A stretch of DNA of 64,000 bases from Escherichia coli. Lineage in GTDB: Bacteria; Pseudomonadota; Gammaproteobacteria; Enterobacterales; Enterobacteriaceae. The notes under the pieces are model-generated. The model saw nothing but the letters and a program-made list of their open reading frames with translations, did not search any database and had not been told where the DNA came from. The stretch lies in assembly GCF_002854065.1 (NCBI RefSeq), contig NZ_CP024147.1; one strand, 5' to 3'. This document shows positions 1 through 12,731 of this stretch, in pieces; the first letter of the stretch is position 1, and each line of letters opens with the position of its first letter. The position numbers and the translations under genes were made by a program.

Positions 1-31
1 AATTAAAGCAAACACTTATCAAGGAACACAA

Positions 32-1111
32 ATGCAAGCGGCAACTGTTGTGATTAACCGCCGCGCTCTGCGACACAACCTGCAACGTCTTCGTGAACTG
101 GCACCTGCCAGTAAAATGGTTGCGGTGGTGAAAGCGAACGCTTATGGTCACGGTCTTCTTGAGACCGCGCGAACGCTCCCCGATGCTGACGCCTTTGGCG
201 TAGCCCGTCTCGAAGAAGCTCTGCGACTGCGTGCGGGGGGAATCACCAAACCTGTACTGTTACTCGAAGGCTTTTTTGATGCCAGAGATCTGCCGACGAT
301 TTCTGCGCAACATTTTCATACCGCCGTACATAACGAAGAACAGCTGGCTGCGCTGGAAGAGGCGCATCTGGAAGAGCCGGTTACCGTCTGGATGAAACTC
401 GATACCGGTATGCACCGTCTGGGCGTAAGGCCGGAACAGGCTGAGGCGTTTTATCATCGCCTGACCCAGTGCAAAAACGTTCGTCAGCCGGTGAATATCG
501 TCAGCCATTTTGCGCGCGCGGATGAACCAAAATGTGGCGCAACCGAGAAACAACTCGCTATCTTTAATACCTTTTGCGAAGGCAAACCAGGTCAACGTTC
601 CATTGCCGCGTCGGGTGGTATTCTGCTGTGGCCACAGTCGCATTTTGACTGGGTGCGCCCGGGCATCATTCTTTATGGCGTCTCGCCGCTGGAAGATCGC
701 TCCACCGGTGCCGATTTTGGCTGTCAGCCAGTGATGTCACTAACCTCCAGCCTGATTGCCGTGCGTGAGCATAAAGTCGGAGAGCCTGTCGGTTATGGTG
801 GAACCTGGATAAGCGAACGTGATACTCGTCTTGGTGTAGTTGCGATGGGCTATGGCGATGGTTATCCGCGCGCCGCGCCGTCCGGTACGCCAGTGCTGGT
901 GAACGGTCGCGAAGTGCCGATTGTCGGGCGAGTCGCGATGGATATGATCTGCGTAGACTTAGGTCCACAGGCACAGGATAAAGCCGGGGACCCGGTCATT
1001 TTGTGGGGTGAAGGTTTGCCCGTAGAACGTATCGCTGAAATGACGAAAGTAAGCGCTTACGAACTTATTACGCGCCTGACTTCAAGGGTCGCGATGAAAT
1101 ACGTGGATTAA
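32..1111 (+). CDS. alr: alanine racemase (biosynthetic), PLP-dependent
   Basis: 359 aa ORF; N-terminus [20 protein letters not shown] with PLP-lysine motif [10 protein letters not shown]; position upstream of tyrB as in K-12. Confidence 0.93.
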   Translation: MQAATVVINRRALRHNLQRLRELAPASKMVAVVKANAYGHGLLETARTLPDADAFGVARLEEALRLRAGGITKPVLLLEGFFDARDLPTISAQHFHTAVHNEEQLAALEEAHLEEPVTVWMKLDTGMHRLGVRPEQAEAFYHRLTQCKNVRQPVNIVSHFARADEPKCGATEKQLAIFNTFCEGKPGQRSIAASGGILLWPQSHFDWVRPGIILYGVSPLEDRSTGADFGCQPVMSLTSSLIAVREHKVGEPVGYGGTWISERDTRLGVVAMGYGDGYPRAAPSGTPVLVNGREVPIVGRVAMDMICVDLGPQAQDKAGDPVILWGEGLPVERIAEMTKVSAYELITRLTSRVAMKYVD

Positions 1112-1137
1112 TCGTTCTGTAATATTTGATTGTCTGT

Positions 1138-1168
1138 GCCGGATGCGGCGTGAATGCCTTATCCGGCC
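1138..1168. repeat. REP (repetitive extragenic palindrome) element
   Basis: gccggatgcggcgtgaatgccttatccggcc, canonical E. coli REP/PU palindrome downstream of alr. Confidence 0.8.
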
Positions 1169-1363
1169 AATAAAATCCTACCAATTCAATAAGTTGATAT
1201 TCTTTCATGCTCTTATAAAGGTCGTGCCTCTGGCGGATGTACGTTTGTCATGAGTCTCACTCTGTTGCTAATTGCCGGTCGCCCCTGAACATCCACTCGA
1301 TCTTCGCCTTCTTCCGGTTTATTGTGTTTTAACCACCTGCCCGTAAACCTGGAGAACCATCGC

Positions 1364-2557
1364 GTGTTTCAAAAAGTTGACGCCTACGCTGGCGACCCGA
1401 TTCTTACGCTTATGGAGCGTTTTAAAGAAGACCCTCGCAGCGACAAAGTGAATTTAAGTATCGGTCTGTACTACAACGAAGACGGAATTATTCCACAATT
1501 GAAAGCCGTGGCTGATGCAGAAGCGCGCCTGAATGCGGTGCCTCATGGCGCTTCGCTTTATTTACCGATGGAAGGGCTTAACAGCTATCGCCATGCCATT
1601 GCGCCGCTGCTGTTTGGTGCCGACCATCCGGTACTGCAACAACAGCGCGTAGCAACCATTCAAACCCTTGGCGGCTCAGGGGCATTGAAAGTGGGCGCGG
1701 ATTTCCTGAAACGCTACTTTCCGGAATCAGGCGTCTGGGTCAGCGATCCTACCTGGGAAAACCACGTAGCAATATTCGCCGGGGCTGGATTCGAAGTGAG
1801 TACTTACCCCTGGTATGACGAAGCGACTAACGGCGTGCGCTTTAATGACCTGTTGGCGACGCTGAAAACATTACCTGCCCGCAGTATTGTGTTGCTGCAT
1901 CCATGTTGCCACAATCCAACGGGTGCCGATCTCACTAATGATCAGTGGGATGCGGTGATTGAAATTCTCAAAGCCCGCGAGCTTATCCCATTCCTTGATA
2001 TTGCCTATCAAGGATTTGGTGCCGGTATGGAAGAGGATGCCTACGCCATTCGCGCCATTGCCAGCGCTGGATTACCCGCTCTGGTGAGCAATTCGTTCTC
2101 GAAAATTTTCTCCCTTTACGGCGAGCGCGTCGGCGGACTTTCTGTTCTGTGTGAAGATGCCGAAGCCGCTGGCCGCGTACTGGGGCAATTGAAAGCAACA
2201 GTTCGCCGCAACTACTCCAGCCCGCCGAATTTTGGTGCGCAGGTGGTGGCTGCAGTGCTGAATGACGAGGCATTGAAAGCCAGCTGGCTGGCGGAAGTAG
2301 AAGAGATGCGTACTCGCATTCTGGCAATGCGTCAGGAACTGGTGAAGGTATTGAGCACAGAGATGCCAGAACGCAATTTCGATTATCTGCTTAATCAGCG
2401 CGGCATGTTCAGTTATACCGGTTTAAGTGCCGCTCAGGTTGACCGACTACGTGAGGAGTTTGGTGTTTATCTCATCGCCAGCGGTCGCATGTGTGTCGCC
2501 GGGTTAAATACGGCAAATGTACAACGTGTGGCAAAGGCGTTTGCTGCGGTGATGTAA
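1364..2557 (+). CDS. tyrB: aromatic amino acid aminotransferase
   Basis: ORF track frame 1322..2557; likely GTG start at 1364 ([14 protein letters not shown]...) giving 397 aa; class I aminotransferase motifs ([16 protein letters not shown]). Confidence 0.9.
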   Translation: MFQKVDAYAGDPILTLMERFKEDPRSDKVNLSIGLYYNEDGIIPQLKAVADAEARLNAVPHGASLYLPMEGLNSYRHAIAPLLFGADHPVLQQQRVATIQTLGGSGALKVGADFLKRYFPESGVWVSDPTWENHVAIFAGAGFEVSTYPWYDEATNGVRFNDLLATLKTLPARSIVLLHPCCHNPTGADLTNDQWDAVIEILKARELIPFLDIAYQGFGAGMEEDAYAIRAIASAGLPALVSNSFSKIFSLYGERVGGLSVLCEDAEAAGRVLGQLKATVRRNYSSPPNFGAQVVAAVLNDEALKASWLAEVEEMRTRILAMRQELVKVLSTEMPERNFDYLLNQRGMFSYTGLSAAQVDRLREEFGVYLIASGRMCVAGLNTANVQRVAKAFAAVM

Positions 2558-2778
2558 TGCAGGAAAGCAGGCTGGAGTTACCCAGCCTGCAGTGAAATTA
2601 AACTGTCGTCGCTTTCACTCTTTCTTTATAGATGATTTTTTTGATGCCATCGTTCTACGTAAGAGATAATAAACGTTGTTAGTTCTTTTATTGTTAAGCT
2701 TATCCCAATTATCTGGAATTCCTTATCCTGTTTTTTTGTGTGGAGTAATAATTTCTGCACATCTAACCATTATTAAAT

Positions 2779-3264
2779 TTAATAATAAGTATCGGGTTTG
2801 TTACGATAGAATTTTTCTATATCCTCAAGAATATGCTTTGCCTTATTGCCTGTGACTTTCTGAGATTCAATTATAGTATCGTTAAATTCTAAAGTTAAAG
2901 AGAACTCTTTTTTTCCGCTTTGTGTAAGTTTAACCTTATATTGATTACCAATATCAAATAAAAAGGTCCTGTAATGAGAATAATCACCTTTAACCTCCTC
3001 GGCAAAACAGCAAAGCGTGCAAATATACATAAAATCTTTCTTACCCCTGATTTTGTTAACTAAATCAATAAATGCGTGAAAAACTGTACTTGCAATAGAA
3101 CTTGATACTTCTTCTCCAGGTCTACAAAAATCTTTTGCAATTTTTAACTGTGTTTCTATATATAAAAAAAGATCTATGGCATAAGAGATATCTTTGTTAT
3201 TTAGTGCATCTAGCTCAACAGGTAAAGATGTCATTTTGTTGTTGTTCACATATGATATATTCAT
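2779..3264 (-). CDS. hypothetical protein, AT-rich gene of unknown function (161 aa from Met-14 of the 174 aa ORF)
   Basis: Uninterrupted minus-strand ORF 2779..3303 in a markedly AT-rich segment between tyrB and aphA; internal ATG at 3262-3264 is preceded by GGAG with an 8 nt spacer; no recognisable motif, no signal peptide. Confidence 0.5.
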   Translation of the reverse strand: MNISYVNNNKMTSLPVELDALNNKDISYAIDLFLYIETQLKIAKDFCRPGEEVSSSIASTVFHAFIDLVNKIRGKKDFMYICTLCCFAEEVKGDYSHYRTFLFDIGNQYKVKLTQSGKKEFSLTLEFNDTIIESQKVTGNKAKHILEDIEKFYRNKPDTYY

Positions 3265-3386
3265 ATCATCATCTCCATCGGGAGTAATAAAATTAGTCAC
3301 CATTGTAGGGTAGGGTTCTGGTCAATCAGAAATCATCTTTATAAACTTCGATTGTTTTTGTAATGCTGTATCATTAAGTTCATTAA

Positions 3387-4379
<993 letters not shown>

Positions 4380-4384
4380 CAGAG

Positions 4385-4421
4385 CGGGAGAGCGTGATGC
4401 TCTCCCGAATGCTGTTTTTTT
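4385..4421 (+). terminator. rho-independent terminator downstream of aphA
   Basis: cgggagagc-gtgat-gctctcccg hairpin followed by a T-run (ctgttttttt). Confidence 0.7.
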
Positions 4422-4489
4422 AATCACACCTTTATCCTTTCGCTGTCTTGCTGCAAACTGATTAAGAGAGTTTTATCAAGGAGCAGCAC

Positions 4490-4906
4490 ATGTGGTATCA
4501 AAAGACGCTCACGCTTAGCGCCAAATCTCGTGGGTTTCATCTGGTAACGGATGAAATTCTGAATCAGCTGGCTGATATGCCGCGCGTTAACATCGGCTTA
4601 CTGCATCTGTTGCTGCAACATACCTCCGCCTCTCTGACACTTAATGAGAACTGCGATCCCACCGTACGCCACGACATGGAGCGTTTTTTCCTCCGCACCG
4701 TTCCCGACAACGGAAATTATGAGCATGACTATGAGGGAGCAGACGATATGCCTTCTCATATCAAATCCTCAATGCTGGGAACATCGCTTGTATTGCCGGT
4801 GCATAAAGGGCGTATTCAGACCGGCACCTGGCAAGGCATTTGGCTGGGGGAACATCGCATCCACGGCGGATCGCGTCGCATCATCGCGACACTACAAGGG
4901 GAGTAA
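4490..4906 (+). CDS. yjbQ: UPF0047 family protein YjbQ
   Basis: 138 aa [26 protein letters not shown]..., conserved position. Confidence 0.85.
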
Positions 4907-4909
4907 AAA

Positions 4910-5266
4910 ATGACCATTTCGGAGTTGCTACAATATTGCATGGCAAAACCAGGCGCAGAACAGAGCGTGCATAACGACTGGAAAGCGACGCAGATCAAAG
5001 TGGAAGATGTACTGTTTGCGATGGTGAAAGAAGTAGAAAATCGCCCAGCTGTTTCGCTGAAAACCAGCCCGGAGCTGGCGGAGCTGCTACGTCAGCAGCA
5101 CAGCGATGTGCGTCCAAGCCGCCATCTGAATAAAGCGCACTGGAGCACCGTGTATCTCGACGGTTCGCTGCCAGATTCGCAAATCTATTATCTGGTGGAT
5201 GCGTCTTATCAGCAGGCGGTGAATTTACTGCCGGAAGAAAAACGTAAATTGCTGGTGCAACTCTGA
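4910..5266 (+). CDS. yjbR: uncharacterised protein YjbR
   Basis: 118 aa ORF 4 bp after yjbQ stop; conserved position. Confidence 0.8.
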   Translation: MTISELLQYCMAKPGAEQSVHNDWKATQIKVEDVLFAMVKEVENRPAVSLKTSPELAELLRQQHSDVRPSRHLNKAHWSTVYLDGSLPDSQIYYLVDASYQQAVNLLPEEKRKLLVQL

Positions 5267-5274
5267 AAGGAAAA

Positions 5275-5293
5275 GGCCGCTCGGAAAGCGGCC
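5275..5293. terminator. bidirectional hairpin terminator between convergent yjbR and uvrA
   Basis: ggccgc-tcggaaa-gcggcc stem-loop located between the two stop codons. Confidence 0.55.
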
Positions 5294-5300
5294 TTAACGA

Positions 5301-8123
5301 TTACAGCATCGGCTTGAGGAAGCGTGCCGTATGCGAAGCTTCGCACTCCGCGACGGTTTCTGGCGTACCGGAGACGAGGATTTCGCCGCCGCCACTGCCG
5401 CCTTCTGGTCCCAGGTCGACAATCCAGTCAGCGGTTTTGATCACGTCGAGATTGTGCTCAATCACCACAATGGTGTTGCCCTGATCGCGCAGTTTATGCA
5501 GTACGTCGAGCAGTTGCTGAATATCGGCGAAGTGCAGACCGGTGGTCGGCTCGTCGAGAATATACAGCGTCTGCCCGGTGCCGCGTTTTGACAGCTCACG
5601 CGCCAGCTTCACGCGCTGGGCTTCACCACCAGAAAGTGTGGTTGCGGACTGCCCCAGGCGAATGTACGTCAGACCAACGTCCATCAACGTTTGCAGCTTA
5701 CGCGCCAGAGCTGGCACCGCATCAAAGAACTCACGCGCCTCTTCGATGGTCATATCCAGCACTTCGTGGATGGTTTTGCCTTTGTACTTAATCTCCAGCG
5801 TTTCACGGTTATAGCGTTTACCTTTGCACTGGTCGCACGGCACGTAAATGTCCGGCAGGAAGTGCATCTCCACTTTGATCACGCCATCGCCCTGACAGGC
5901 CTCGCAGCGTCCGCCACGGACGTTAAAGCTGAAACGTCCTGGCGTATAACCACGCGCACGGGATTCCGGTACGCCCGCAAACAGTTCGCGCACAGGCGTA
6001 AACACGCCGGTATAGGTCGCCGGGTTAGAACGCGGAGTACGACCAATTGGGCTTTGGTCGATATCGATTACTTTGTCGAAATGCTCCAGTCCCTGAATAT
6101 CGCGATACGGTGCCGGTTCGGCGATGGTCGCACCATTCAACTGGCGTTGGGCAATCGGGAACAGTGTGTCGTTAATCAGCGTCGATTTACCGGAACCTGA
6201 AACCCCTGTGATGCAGGTAAACAGACCGACTGGCAGCGTTAGCGTCACGTCTTTCAGGTTGTTGCCGCGTGCGCCAGTCAGCTTAAGTACTTTTTCCGGA
6301 TTCGCCGGAACGCGTTTCTTCGGCACTTCAATCTTGCGTTTACCGCTCATGTACTGTCCGGTCAACGACTCCGGCACCGCCATAATCGCTTCCAGCGGAC
6401 CTTCCGCGACCACTTCACCGCCATGTACACCTGCACCAGGACCGATATCGATCACATGATCAGCGGCGCGAATCGCGTCTTCGTCGTGCTCCACCACAAT
6501 CACGGTATTACCGAGATCGCGCAGATGGATAAGTGTACCCAACAAGCGCTCGTTATCGCGCTGGTGCAGGCCGATAGACGGCTCGTCCAGTACATACATA
6601 ACACCAACCAGGCCCGCACCAATCTGGCTCGCCAGACGAATACGCTGGGCTTCACCGCCAGAAAGCGTTTCTGCCGAGCGGGAAAGTGTCAGGTAATTCA
6701 GGCCGACGTTAACGAGGAATTTCAAACGATCGCCGATCTCTTTAAGAATTTTTTCCGCAATCTTCGCCCGCTGACCTGCGAGTTTGAGATTGTTGAAGAA
6801 TTCCATCGCATGACCAATGCTCATGTCGGAGATGGCGGGCAGCGGCGTATTCTCGACATACACGTGGCGCGCTTCCCGACGCAGACGCGTCCCTTCGCAG
6901 CTGGCACACGGACGATTACTGATAAACTTGGCTAATTCTTCGCGTACCGCGCTGGACTCCGTCTCTTTATAACGGCGCTCCATATTGTGCAGCACGCCTT
7001 CGAACGGATGACGACGAATGGAGGTATCGCCACGATCGTTCATGTATTTGAATTCAATGTTTTCTTTGCCAGAACCGTACAACACCACTTTATGCACGTT
7101 CGCGCTCAGGCTGCCCCACGGCGCTTCGACGTCGAACTTATAGTGATCTGCCAGCGATTTCAGCATCTGAAAATAATAGAAGTTGCGGCGATCCCAGCCA
7201 CGGATCGCACCACCTGCCAGCGACAGTTCCGGATTCTGGATCACGCGGTCAGGATCGAAATATTGCTGTACGCCGAGGCCGTCACAGGTCGGGCAGGCAC
7301 CTGCCGGGTTGTTAAACGAAAACAGTCGCGGCTCCAGTTCACGCATACTGTAGCCGCAAATTGGGCAGGCGAAGTTGGCGGAAAACAGCAGCTCTTCCGC
7401 TTTCGGGTCGTCCATATCCGCCACTACCGCGGTACCACCGGAAAGCTCCAGCGCGGTTTCAAACGACTCGGCAAGACGTTGGGTAAGATCGTCACGCACC
7501 TTGAAGCGATCAACCACCACTTCAATAGTGTGTTTCTTTTGCAGTTCCAGTTTCGGCGGATCGGAAAGATCGCAGACTTCGCCATCAATACGAGCACGGA
7601 TGTAACCCTGGCTTGCCAGGTTCTCCAGCGTTTTGGTGTGTTCGCCTTTGCGCTCTTTAATGATTGGCGCGAGCAGCATCAGACGCTTGCCTTCCGGCTG
7701 CGACAGCACGTTATCCACCATCTGGCTGACGGTTTGCGCCGCCAGCGGGACGTCGTGGTCCGGGCAACGCGGTTCGCCGACGCGGGCGAACAACAAACGC
7801 AAATAGTCGTGGATTTCGGTGATTGTCCCCACCGTAGAACGCGGGTTATGAGACGTCGATTTCTGCTCAATTGAGATGGCAGGAGAAAGCCCCTCAATAT
7901 GATCGACGTCCGGCTTTTCCATCAGTGACAGAAACTGCCGCGCGTAGGCGGAAAGGGATTCAACGTAACGGCGCTGCCCTTCGGCATATAAGGTGTCGAA
8001 AGCGAGCGAGGATTTGCCAGAACCCGAAAGCCCGGTCACGACAATGAGCTTGTCGCGGGGGATAACGAGGTTGATGTTTTTGAGATTATGGGTGCGGGCG
8101 CCCCGAACTTCGATCTTATCCAT
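5301..8123 (-). CDS. uvrA: excinuclease ABC subunit A
   Basis: 940 aa ORF; two ABC ATPase modules ([20 protein letters not shown]), zinc-finger cysteines. Confidence 0.95.
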   Translation of the reverse strand: MDKIEVRGARTHNLKNINLVIPRDKLIVVTGLSGSGKSSLAFDTLYAEGQRRYVESLSAYARQFLSLMEKPDVDHIEGLSPAISIEQKSTSHNPRSTVGTITEIHDYLRLLFARVGEPRCPDHDVPLAAQTVSQMVDNVLSQPEGKRLMLLAPIIKERKGEHTKTLENLASQGYIRARIDGEVCDLSDPPKLELQKKHTIEVVVDRFKVRDDLTQRLAESFETALELSGGTAVVADMDDPKAEELLFSANFACPICGYSMRELEPRLFSFNNPAGACPTCDGLGVQQYFDPDRVIQNPELSLAGGAIRGWDRRNFYYFQMLKSLADHYKFDVEAPWGSLSANVHKVVLYGSGKENIEFKYMNDRGDTSIRRHPFEGVLHNMERRYKETESSAVREELAKFISNRPCASCEGTRLRREARHVYVENTPLPAISDMSIGHAMEFFNNLKLAGQRAKIAEKILKEIGDRLKFLVNVGLNYLTLSRSAETLSGGEAQRIRLASQIGAGLVGVMYVLDEPSIGLHQRDNERLLGTLIHLRDLGNTVIVVEHDEDAIRAADHVIDIGPGAGVHGGEVVAEGPLEAIMAVPESLTGQYMSGKRKIEVPKKRVPANPEKVLKLTGARGNNLKDVTLTLPVGLFTCITGVSGSGKSTLINDTLFPIAQRQLNGATIAEPAPYRDIQGLEHFDKVIDIDQSPIGRTPRSNPATYTGVFTPVRELFAGVPESRARGYTPGRFSFNVRGGRCEACQGDGVIKVEMHFLPDIYVPCDQCKGKRYNRETLEIKYKGKTIHEVLDMTIEEAREFFDAVPALARKLQTLMDVGLTYIRLGQSATTLSGGEAQRVKLARELSKRGTGQTLYILDEPTTGLHFADIQQLLDVLHKLRDQGNTIVVIEHNLDVIKTADWIVDLGPEGGSGGGEILVSGTPETVAECEASHTARFLKPML

Positions 8124-8208
8124 TCACCTTTCCCGGATTAAACGCTTTTTTGCCCGGTGGCATGGTGCTACCGGCGATCACAAACGGTTAATTATGACAC
8201 AAATTGAC

Positions 8209-8224
8209 CTGAATGAATATACAG
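8209..8224. promoter_or_regulatory. LexA (SOS) box in the divergent uvrA/ssb promoter region
   Basis: Minus-strand reading CTGTATATTCATTCAG matches the CTG-N10-CAG SOS box; lies between divergent uvrA and ssb. Confidence 0.75.
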
Positions 8225-8377
8225 TATTGGAATGCATTACCCGGAGTGTTGTGTAACAATGTCTGGCCAGGTTTGTTTCCCGGAACCGAGGTCACAACAT
8301 AGTAAAAGCGCTATTGGTAATGGTACAATCGCGCGTTTACACTTATTCAGAACGATTTTTTTTCAGGAGACACGAAC

Positions 8378-8914
8378 ATGGCCAGCAGAGGCGTAAACAA
8401 GGTTATTCTCGTTGGTAATCTGGGTCAGGACCCGGAAGTACGCTACATGCCAAATGGTGGCGCAGTTGCCAACATTACGCTGGCTACTTCCGAATCCTGG
8501 CGTGATAAAGCGACCGGCGAGATGAAAGAGCAGACTGAATGGCACCGCGTTGTGCTGTTCGGCAAACTGGCAGAAGTGGCCAGCGAATATCTGCGTAAAG
8601 GTTCTCAGGTTTATATCGAAGGTCAGCTGCGTACCCGCAAATGGACCGATCAATCCGGCCAGGATCGCTACACCACAGAAGTCGTGGTGAACGTTGGCGG
8701 CACCATGCAGATGCTGGGTGGTCGTCAGGGTGGTGGCGCTCCGGCAGGTGGTAATATCGGTGGCGGTCAGCCGCAGGGCGGTTGGGGTCAGCCTCAGCAG
8801 CCGCAGGGTGGCAATCAGTTCAGCGGCGGCGCGCAGTCTCGCCCGCAGCAGTCCGCTCCGGCAGCGCCGTCTAACGAGCCGCCGATGGACTTTGATGACG
8901 ATATTCCGTTCTGA
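8378..8914 (+). CDS. ssb: single-stranded DNA-binding protein
   Basis: 178 aa; [30 protein letters not shown]-fold start, Gly/Gln-rich tail ending DFDDDIPF. Confidence 0.95.
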   Translation: MASRGVNKVILVGNLGQDPEVRYMPNGGAVANITLATSESWRDKATGEMKEQTEWHRVVLFGKLAEVASEYLRKGSQVYIEGQLRTRKWTDQSGQDRYTTEVVVNVGGTMQMLGGRQGGGAPAGGNIGGGQPQGGWGQPQQPQGGNQFSGGAQSRPQQSAPAAPSNEPPMDFDDDIPF

Positions 8915-8983
8915 TTTGTCATTAAAACAATAGGTTATATTGTTTTAAGGTGGATGATTAAAGCATCTGCCAGCCATAAAAAA

Positions 8984-9006
8984 GAAGCCTCCGTTATGGA
9001 GGCTTC
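8984..9006. terminator. hairpin terminator between ssb and convergent yjcB
   Basis: gaagcctcc-gttat-ggaggcttc preceded by an A-run on the plus strand (U-run for the minus-strand transcript). Confidence 0.6.
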
Positions 9007-9012
9007 TACGTA

Positions 9013-9294
9013 TCAGGTCAAAATCATTGGCCACTGTGGCGGTGTCTGATTCATCTCTTCTATCATCACCGACTCGATGTTGTGCCAGATGGCGGTGATG
9101 TCCGCCATTGTGATGCCAAGCAACCCCATTGCGAACCAGCAGGCGGAAACCACGCCCAGACCGCTGCTGATCACTGCAAGCCCGACATAATCAGACCGAC
9201 GAAAACGGATGTTGAGTGTGCTGGCCAGAAACATCATTACGGCACTAAGAAGTTGCCAGCGAAGAAGAACCATGCCAGTGGTGAGGGTAGCCAT
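9013..9294 (-). CDS. yjcB: small inner-membrane protein YjcB
   Basis: 93 aa from MATLTTG...; two hydrophobic helices; ORF-track extension to 9393 is judged a run-on. Confidence 0.75.
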   Translation of the reverse strand: MATLTTGMVLLRWQLLSAVMMFLASTLNIRFRRSDYVGLAVISSGLGVVSACWFAMGLLGITMADITAIWHNIESVMIEEMNQTPPQWPMILT

Positions 9295-9722
9295 CAAACA
9301 ATTCCTCTGAAAAGAGCCGATGCCCTGGACAGCGCGGCGTTGTTCACGGGAGGCGTGGTACACTCTGGCTATCGCGGGGCTTGCAGAACACAAAAATGAA
9401 ACACTCTGTTTGTTTCATTAATTTTGTGAACTATATCACAATTGATTGTTTGTTAGCCATATTAGGCCGTGACTTTTATTGCTGTACAGATTATGTGGTT
9501 TTTCAGTGGCATTAAGGGTATATCTTCCCGCCGCCTCTGTATTCCTGTAGAAAATTAATTTTGAATATCAATGAATTATTTTCATCCAGGTGACGATTAA
9601 AAAGGTATCAATTTCAAATCAGGCAAAAGTGCTATTTATACCGTAAGATTTATCTAAAGACGTCGGTAGCCAGGGTTTCACCTTGCAATGGCCGGGTATA
9701 AACAGGCAGGAAATTGATAGCA

Positions 9723-11309
9723 ATGAGTCATCGTGCACGACACCAATTACTGGCGTTGCCGGGCATTATCTTTTTAGTTCTCTTTCCCATCATTCTGTCG
9801 CTATGGATTGCCTTCCTTTGGGCAAAATCAGAAGTGAATAATCAGCTCCGAACCTTTGCTCAACTGGCACTGGATAAATCCGAGCTGGTCATTCGCCAGG
9901 CAGATTTAGTGAGCGATGCAGCAGAACGCTATCAGGGGCAAGTTTGCTCTCCAGCCCATCAAAAGCGAATGTTAAATATTATTCGTGGCTATCTTTATAT
10001 TAATGAATTGATCTATGCCCGTGATAACCATTTTTTATGCTCATCGCTGATAGCGCCTGTAAACGGCTATACGATTGCACCGGCCGATTATGAGCGTGAC
10101 CCTAACGTTTCTATCTATTATTACCGCGATACGCCTTTTTTCTCTGGCTATAAAATGACCTATATGCAGCGGGGAAATTATGTGGCGGTTATCAACCCTC
10201 TCTTCTGGAGTGAAGTGATGTCTGATGACCCGACATTGCAATGGGGTGTGTATGATACGGTGACGAAAACCTTTTTCTCGTTAAGCAACGAGGCCTCGGC
10301 AGCAACGTTTTCTCCGCTGATTCATTTGAAGGATTTAACCGTACAAAGAAATGGCTATTTATATGCGACAGTTTATTCGACAAAACGCCCAATTGCAGCC
10401 ATTGTTGCGACTTCATATCAACGTCTTATAGCCCATTTTTATAATCATCTTATTTTTGCGTTACCCGCCGGTATTTTGGGGAGTCTTGTTCTGCTATTAC
10501 TCTGGCTACGTATTCGACAAAACTATTTGTCTCCCAAACGCAAATTGCAACGCGCCCTAGAAAAACATCAACTTTGTCTTTATTACCAGCCAATAATCGA
10601 TATCAAAACAGAAAAATGTATCGGTGCTGAAGCGTTATTACGTTGGCCTGGTGAGCAGGGGCAAGTTATGAATCCGGCAGAGTTTATTCCGCTGGCAGAA
10701 AAGGAGGGGATGATAGAACAGGTAACTGATTATATTATTGATAATGTCTTCCGCGATCTGGGCGCGTACCTTGCAACACATGCTGATCGCTATGTTTCTA
10801 TTAATCTGTCGGCCTCCGATTTTCATACGTCACGGTTGATAGCGCGAATCAATCAGAAAACAGAGCAATACGCGGTGCGTCCACAGCAAATTAAATTTGA
10901 AGTGACTGAACATGCATTTCTTGATGTCGACAAAATGACGCCGATTATTCTGGCTTTCCGCCAGGCCGGTTACGAAGTGGCAATTGATGATTTTGGTATT
11001 GGCTACTCTAACTTGCATAACCTTAAATCATTGAATGTCGATATTTTGAAAATCGACAAATCGTTTGTTGAGACGCTGACCACCCATAAAACCAGTCATT
11101 TGATTGCGGAACATATCATCGAGCTGGCGCACAGCCTGGGGTTAAAAACAATCGCTGAAGGCGTCGAAACGGAGGAGCAGGTTAACTGGCTGCGCAAACG
11201 CGGCGTGCGCTATTGCCAGGGATGGTTCTTTGCGAAGGCGATGCCGCCGCAGGTGTTTATGCAATGGATGGAGCAATTACCCGCGCGGGAGTTAACGCGC
11301 GGGCAATAA
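9723..11309 (+). CDS. pdeC: c-di-GMP phosphodiesterase (CSS periplasmic domain + EAL)
   Basis: 528 aa from [11 protein letters not shown]-terminal TM, EAL-domain motifs ([22 protein letters not shown]). Confidence 0.88.
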
Positions 11310-11311
11310 AA

Positions 11312-11635
11312 CTACAGGCGGTGGCGATAATCGCTGGGAGTGCGATCAAACTGCCGACGGAAAACGCGGGAGAAGGTCTGCTGCGAGACATAACCCAGGT
11401 CCATTGCGATATCAAAAATCGGACGCTCGGTGGTGCGCAACTCAACGGCGGCCAGTAACAGGCGGCGTTGACGAATGTAATCGCCAAGCGTCTGATGCGT
11501 CACCGTGCGGAACATCCGTTGCAGGTACCACTTTGAATAGCCTGATTTTTTTGCGACGACATCAATGTTAAGCGGCTGGTCAATATGCTCGTCAATCCAT
11601 GCGATAAGATCCTGAATAATTTTCTGATGGGACAT
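11312..11635 (-). CDS. soxS: AraC-family superoxide-response transcriptional activator
   Basis: 107 aa MSHQKIIQDLIAWIDEHIDQPLNIDVVAKKSGYSKWYLQRMF. Confidence 0.95.
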   Translation of the reverse strand: MSHQKIIQDLIAWIDEHIDQPLNIDVVAKKSGYSKWYLQRMFRTVTHQTLGDYIRQRRLLLAAVELRTTERPIFDIAMDLGYVSQQTFSRVFRRQFDRTPSDYRHRL

Positions 11636-11691
11636 AAATCTGCCTCTTTTCAGTGTTCAGTTCGTTAATTCATCTGTTGGGGAGTATAATT

Positions 11692-11709
11692 CCTCAAGTT
11701 AACTTGAGG
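11692..11709. promoter_or_regulatory. SoxR binding site / soxS promoter spacer palindrome
   Basis: Perfect palindrome cctcaagttaacttgagg in the soxS-soxR divergent intergenic region. Confidence 0.8.
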
Positions 11710-11720
11710 TAAAGCGATTT

Positions 11721-12185
11721 ATGGAAAAGAAATTACCCCGCATTAAAGCGCTGCTAACCCCCGGCGAAGTGGCGAAACGCAGCGGTGTGGCGGTATCGGC
11801 GCTGCATTTCTATGAAAGCAAAGGGTTGATTACCAGTATCCGTAACAGCGGCAATCAGCGGCGTTATAAACGTGATGTGTTGCGATATGTCGCAATTATC
11901 AAAATTGCTCAGCGTATTGGCATTCCTCTCGCGACCATTGGTGAAGCGTTTGGCGTGTTGCCCGAAGGGCATACGTTAAGTGCCAAAGAGTGGAAACAGC
12001 TTTCGTCCCAATGGCGAGAAGAGTTGGATCGGCGCATTCATACCTTAGTGGCGCTGCGTGACGAACTGGACGGATGTATTGGTTGTGGCTGCCTTTCGCG
12101 CAGTGATTGCCCGTTGCGTAACCCGGGCGACCGCTTAGGAGAAGAAGGTACCGGCGCACGCTTGCTGGAAGATGAACAAAACTAA
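11721..12185 (+). CDS. soxR: MerR-family redox-sensing regulator with [2Fe-2S] cluster
   Basis: 154 aa; C-terminal [17 protein letters not shown] cysteine cluster. Confidence 0.95.
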   Translation: MEKKLPRIKALLTPGEVAKRSGVAVSALHFYESKGLITSIRNSGNQRRYKRDVLRYVAIIKIAQRIGIPLATIGEAFGVLPEGHTLSAKEWKQLSSQWREELDRRIHTLVALRDELDGCIGCGCLSRSDCPLRNPGDRLGEEGTGARLLEDEQN

Positions 12186-12214
12186 AGCGCCACAAGGGCG
12201 CTTTAGTTTGTTTT
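12184..12214. terminator. hairpin terminator overlapping soxR stop (possibly bidirectional)
   Basis: aaagcgcc-acaa-gggcgcttt followed by agtttgtttt. Confidence 0.6.
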
Positions 12215-12458
12215 CCGGTCTTTGTCTTTCTCTCTATCCCGCTGGTACACAGGAGGGTTTCCCCCGACGTCAACACACCTCATTCGAGCACGTGGTGGAG
12301 GTTCCGGTTGGTGTTGATGCTTTAATTGTATGTCACCGACGTTTCTTCGCCAGTGTAAAAGTATACTTTTTAGCCGCAATATTTTTGTCATCTCAGACGA
12401 TTTTTTATCGCAATCCTGAACGGTATACGGCTCGATAACGCTGCAATCTTGCGCATCG

Positions 12459-12474
12459 ACGATAACGTTTGCGC
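12459..12474. promoter_or_regulatory. candidate PurR box upstream of ghxP
   Basis: acgataacgtttgcgc matches 13/16 of the palindromic PurR consensus ACGCAAACGTTTGCGT; a second AACGTTT-centred site lies at 12606-12621. Confidence 0.35.
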
Positions 12475-12731
12475 ATCAATTGCCTGGTTTTTCATCGTCA
12501 AGACAATAAAAGAGAAAAAAGCAGCAAACTTCGGTTGAAAAAGCCGCTATGATCGCCGGATAATCGTTTGCTTTTTTTTACCACCCGTTTTGTATGCGCG
12601 GAGCTAAACGTTTGCTTTTTTGCGACGCAGCAAATTGTCGCAAACCTGGAGCGGGAAGATAACGTTTCGCTGGCAGGGGATTGTCCGCCACGCATCTTGA
12701 CGAAAATTAAACTCTCAGGGGATGTTCTCTT

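Noticed and set aside
1322-1363. TTG-initiated 411 aa version of tyrB
   Set aside because: The GTG at 1364 gives the 397 aa TyrB length; the upstream extension ([14 protein letters not shown]) is not aminotransferase-like.
8694-8933. 79 aa ORF overlapping the 3' end of ssb in another frame
   Set aside because: It is an alternative frame of the Gly/Gln-rich ssb tail (Arg/Ser/Val-rich translation), with no independent signals.
12186-12330. Small RNA RyjA expected on the minus strand between soxR and ghxP
   Set aside because: I recall an sRNA at this location in K-12 sharing the soxR terminator, but I cannot define its promoter or ends from sequence alone, so it is not listed as a feature.
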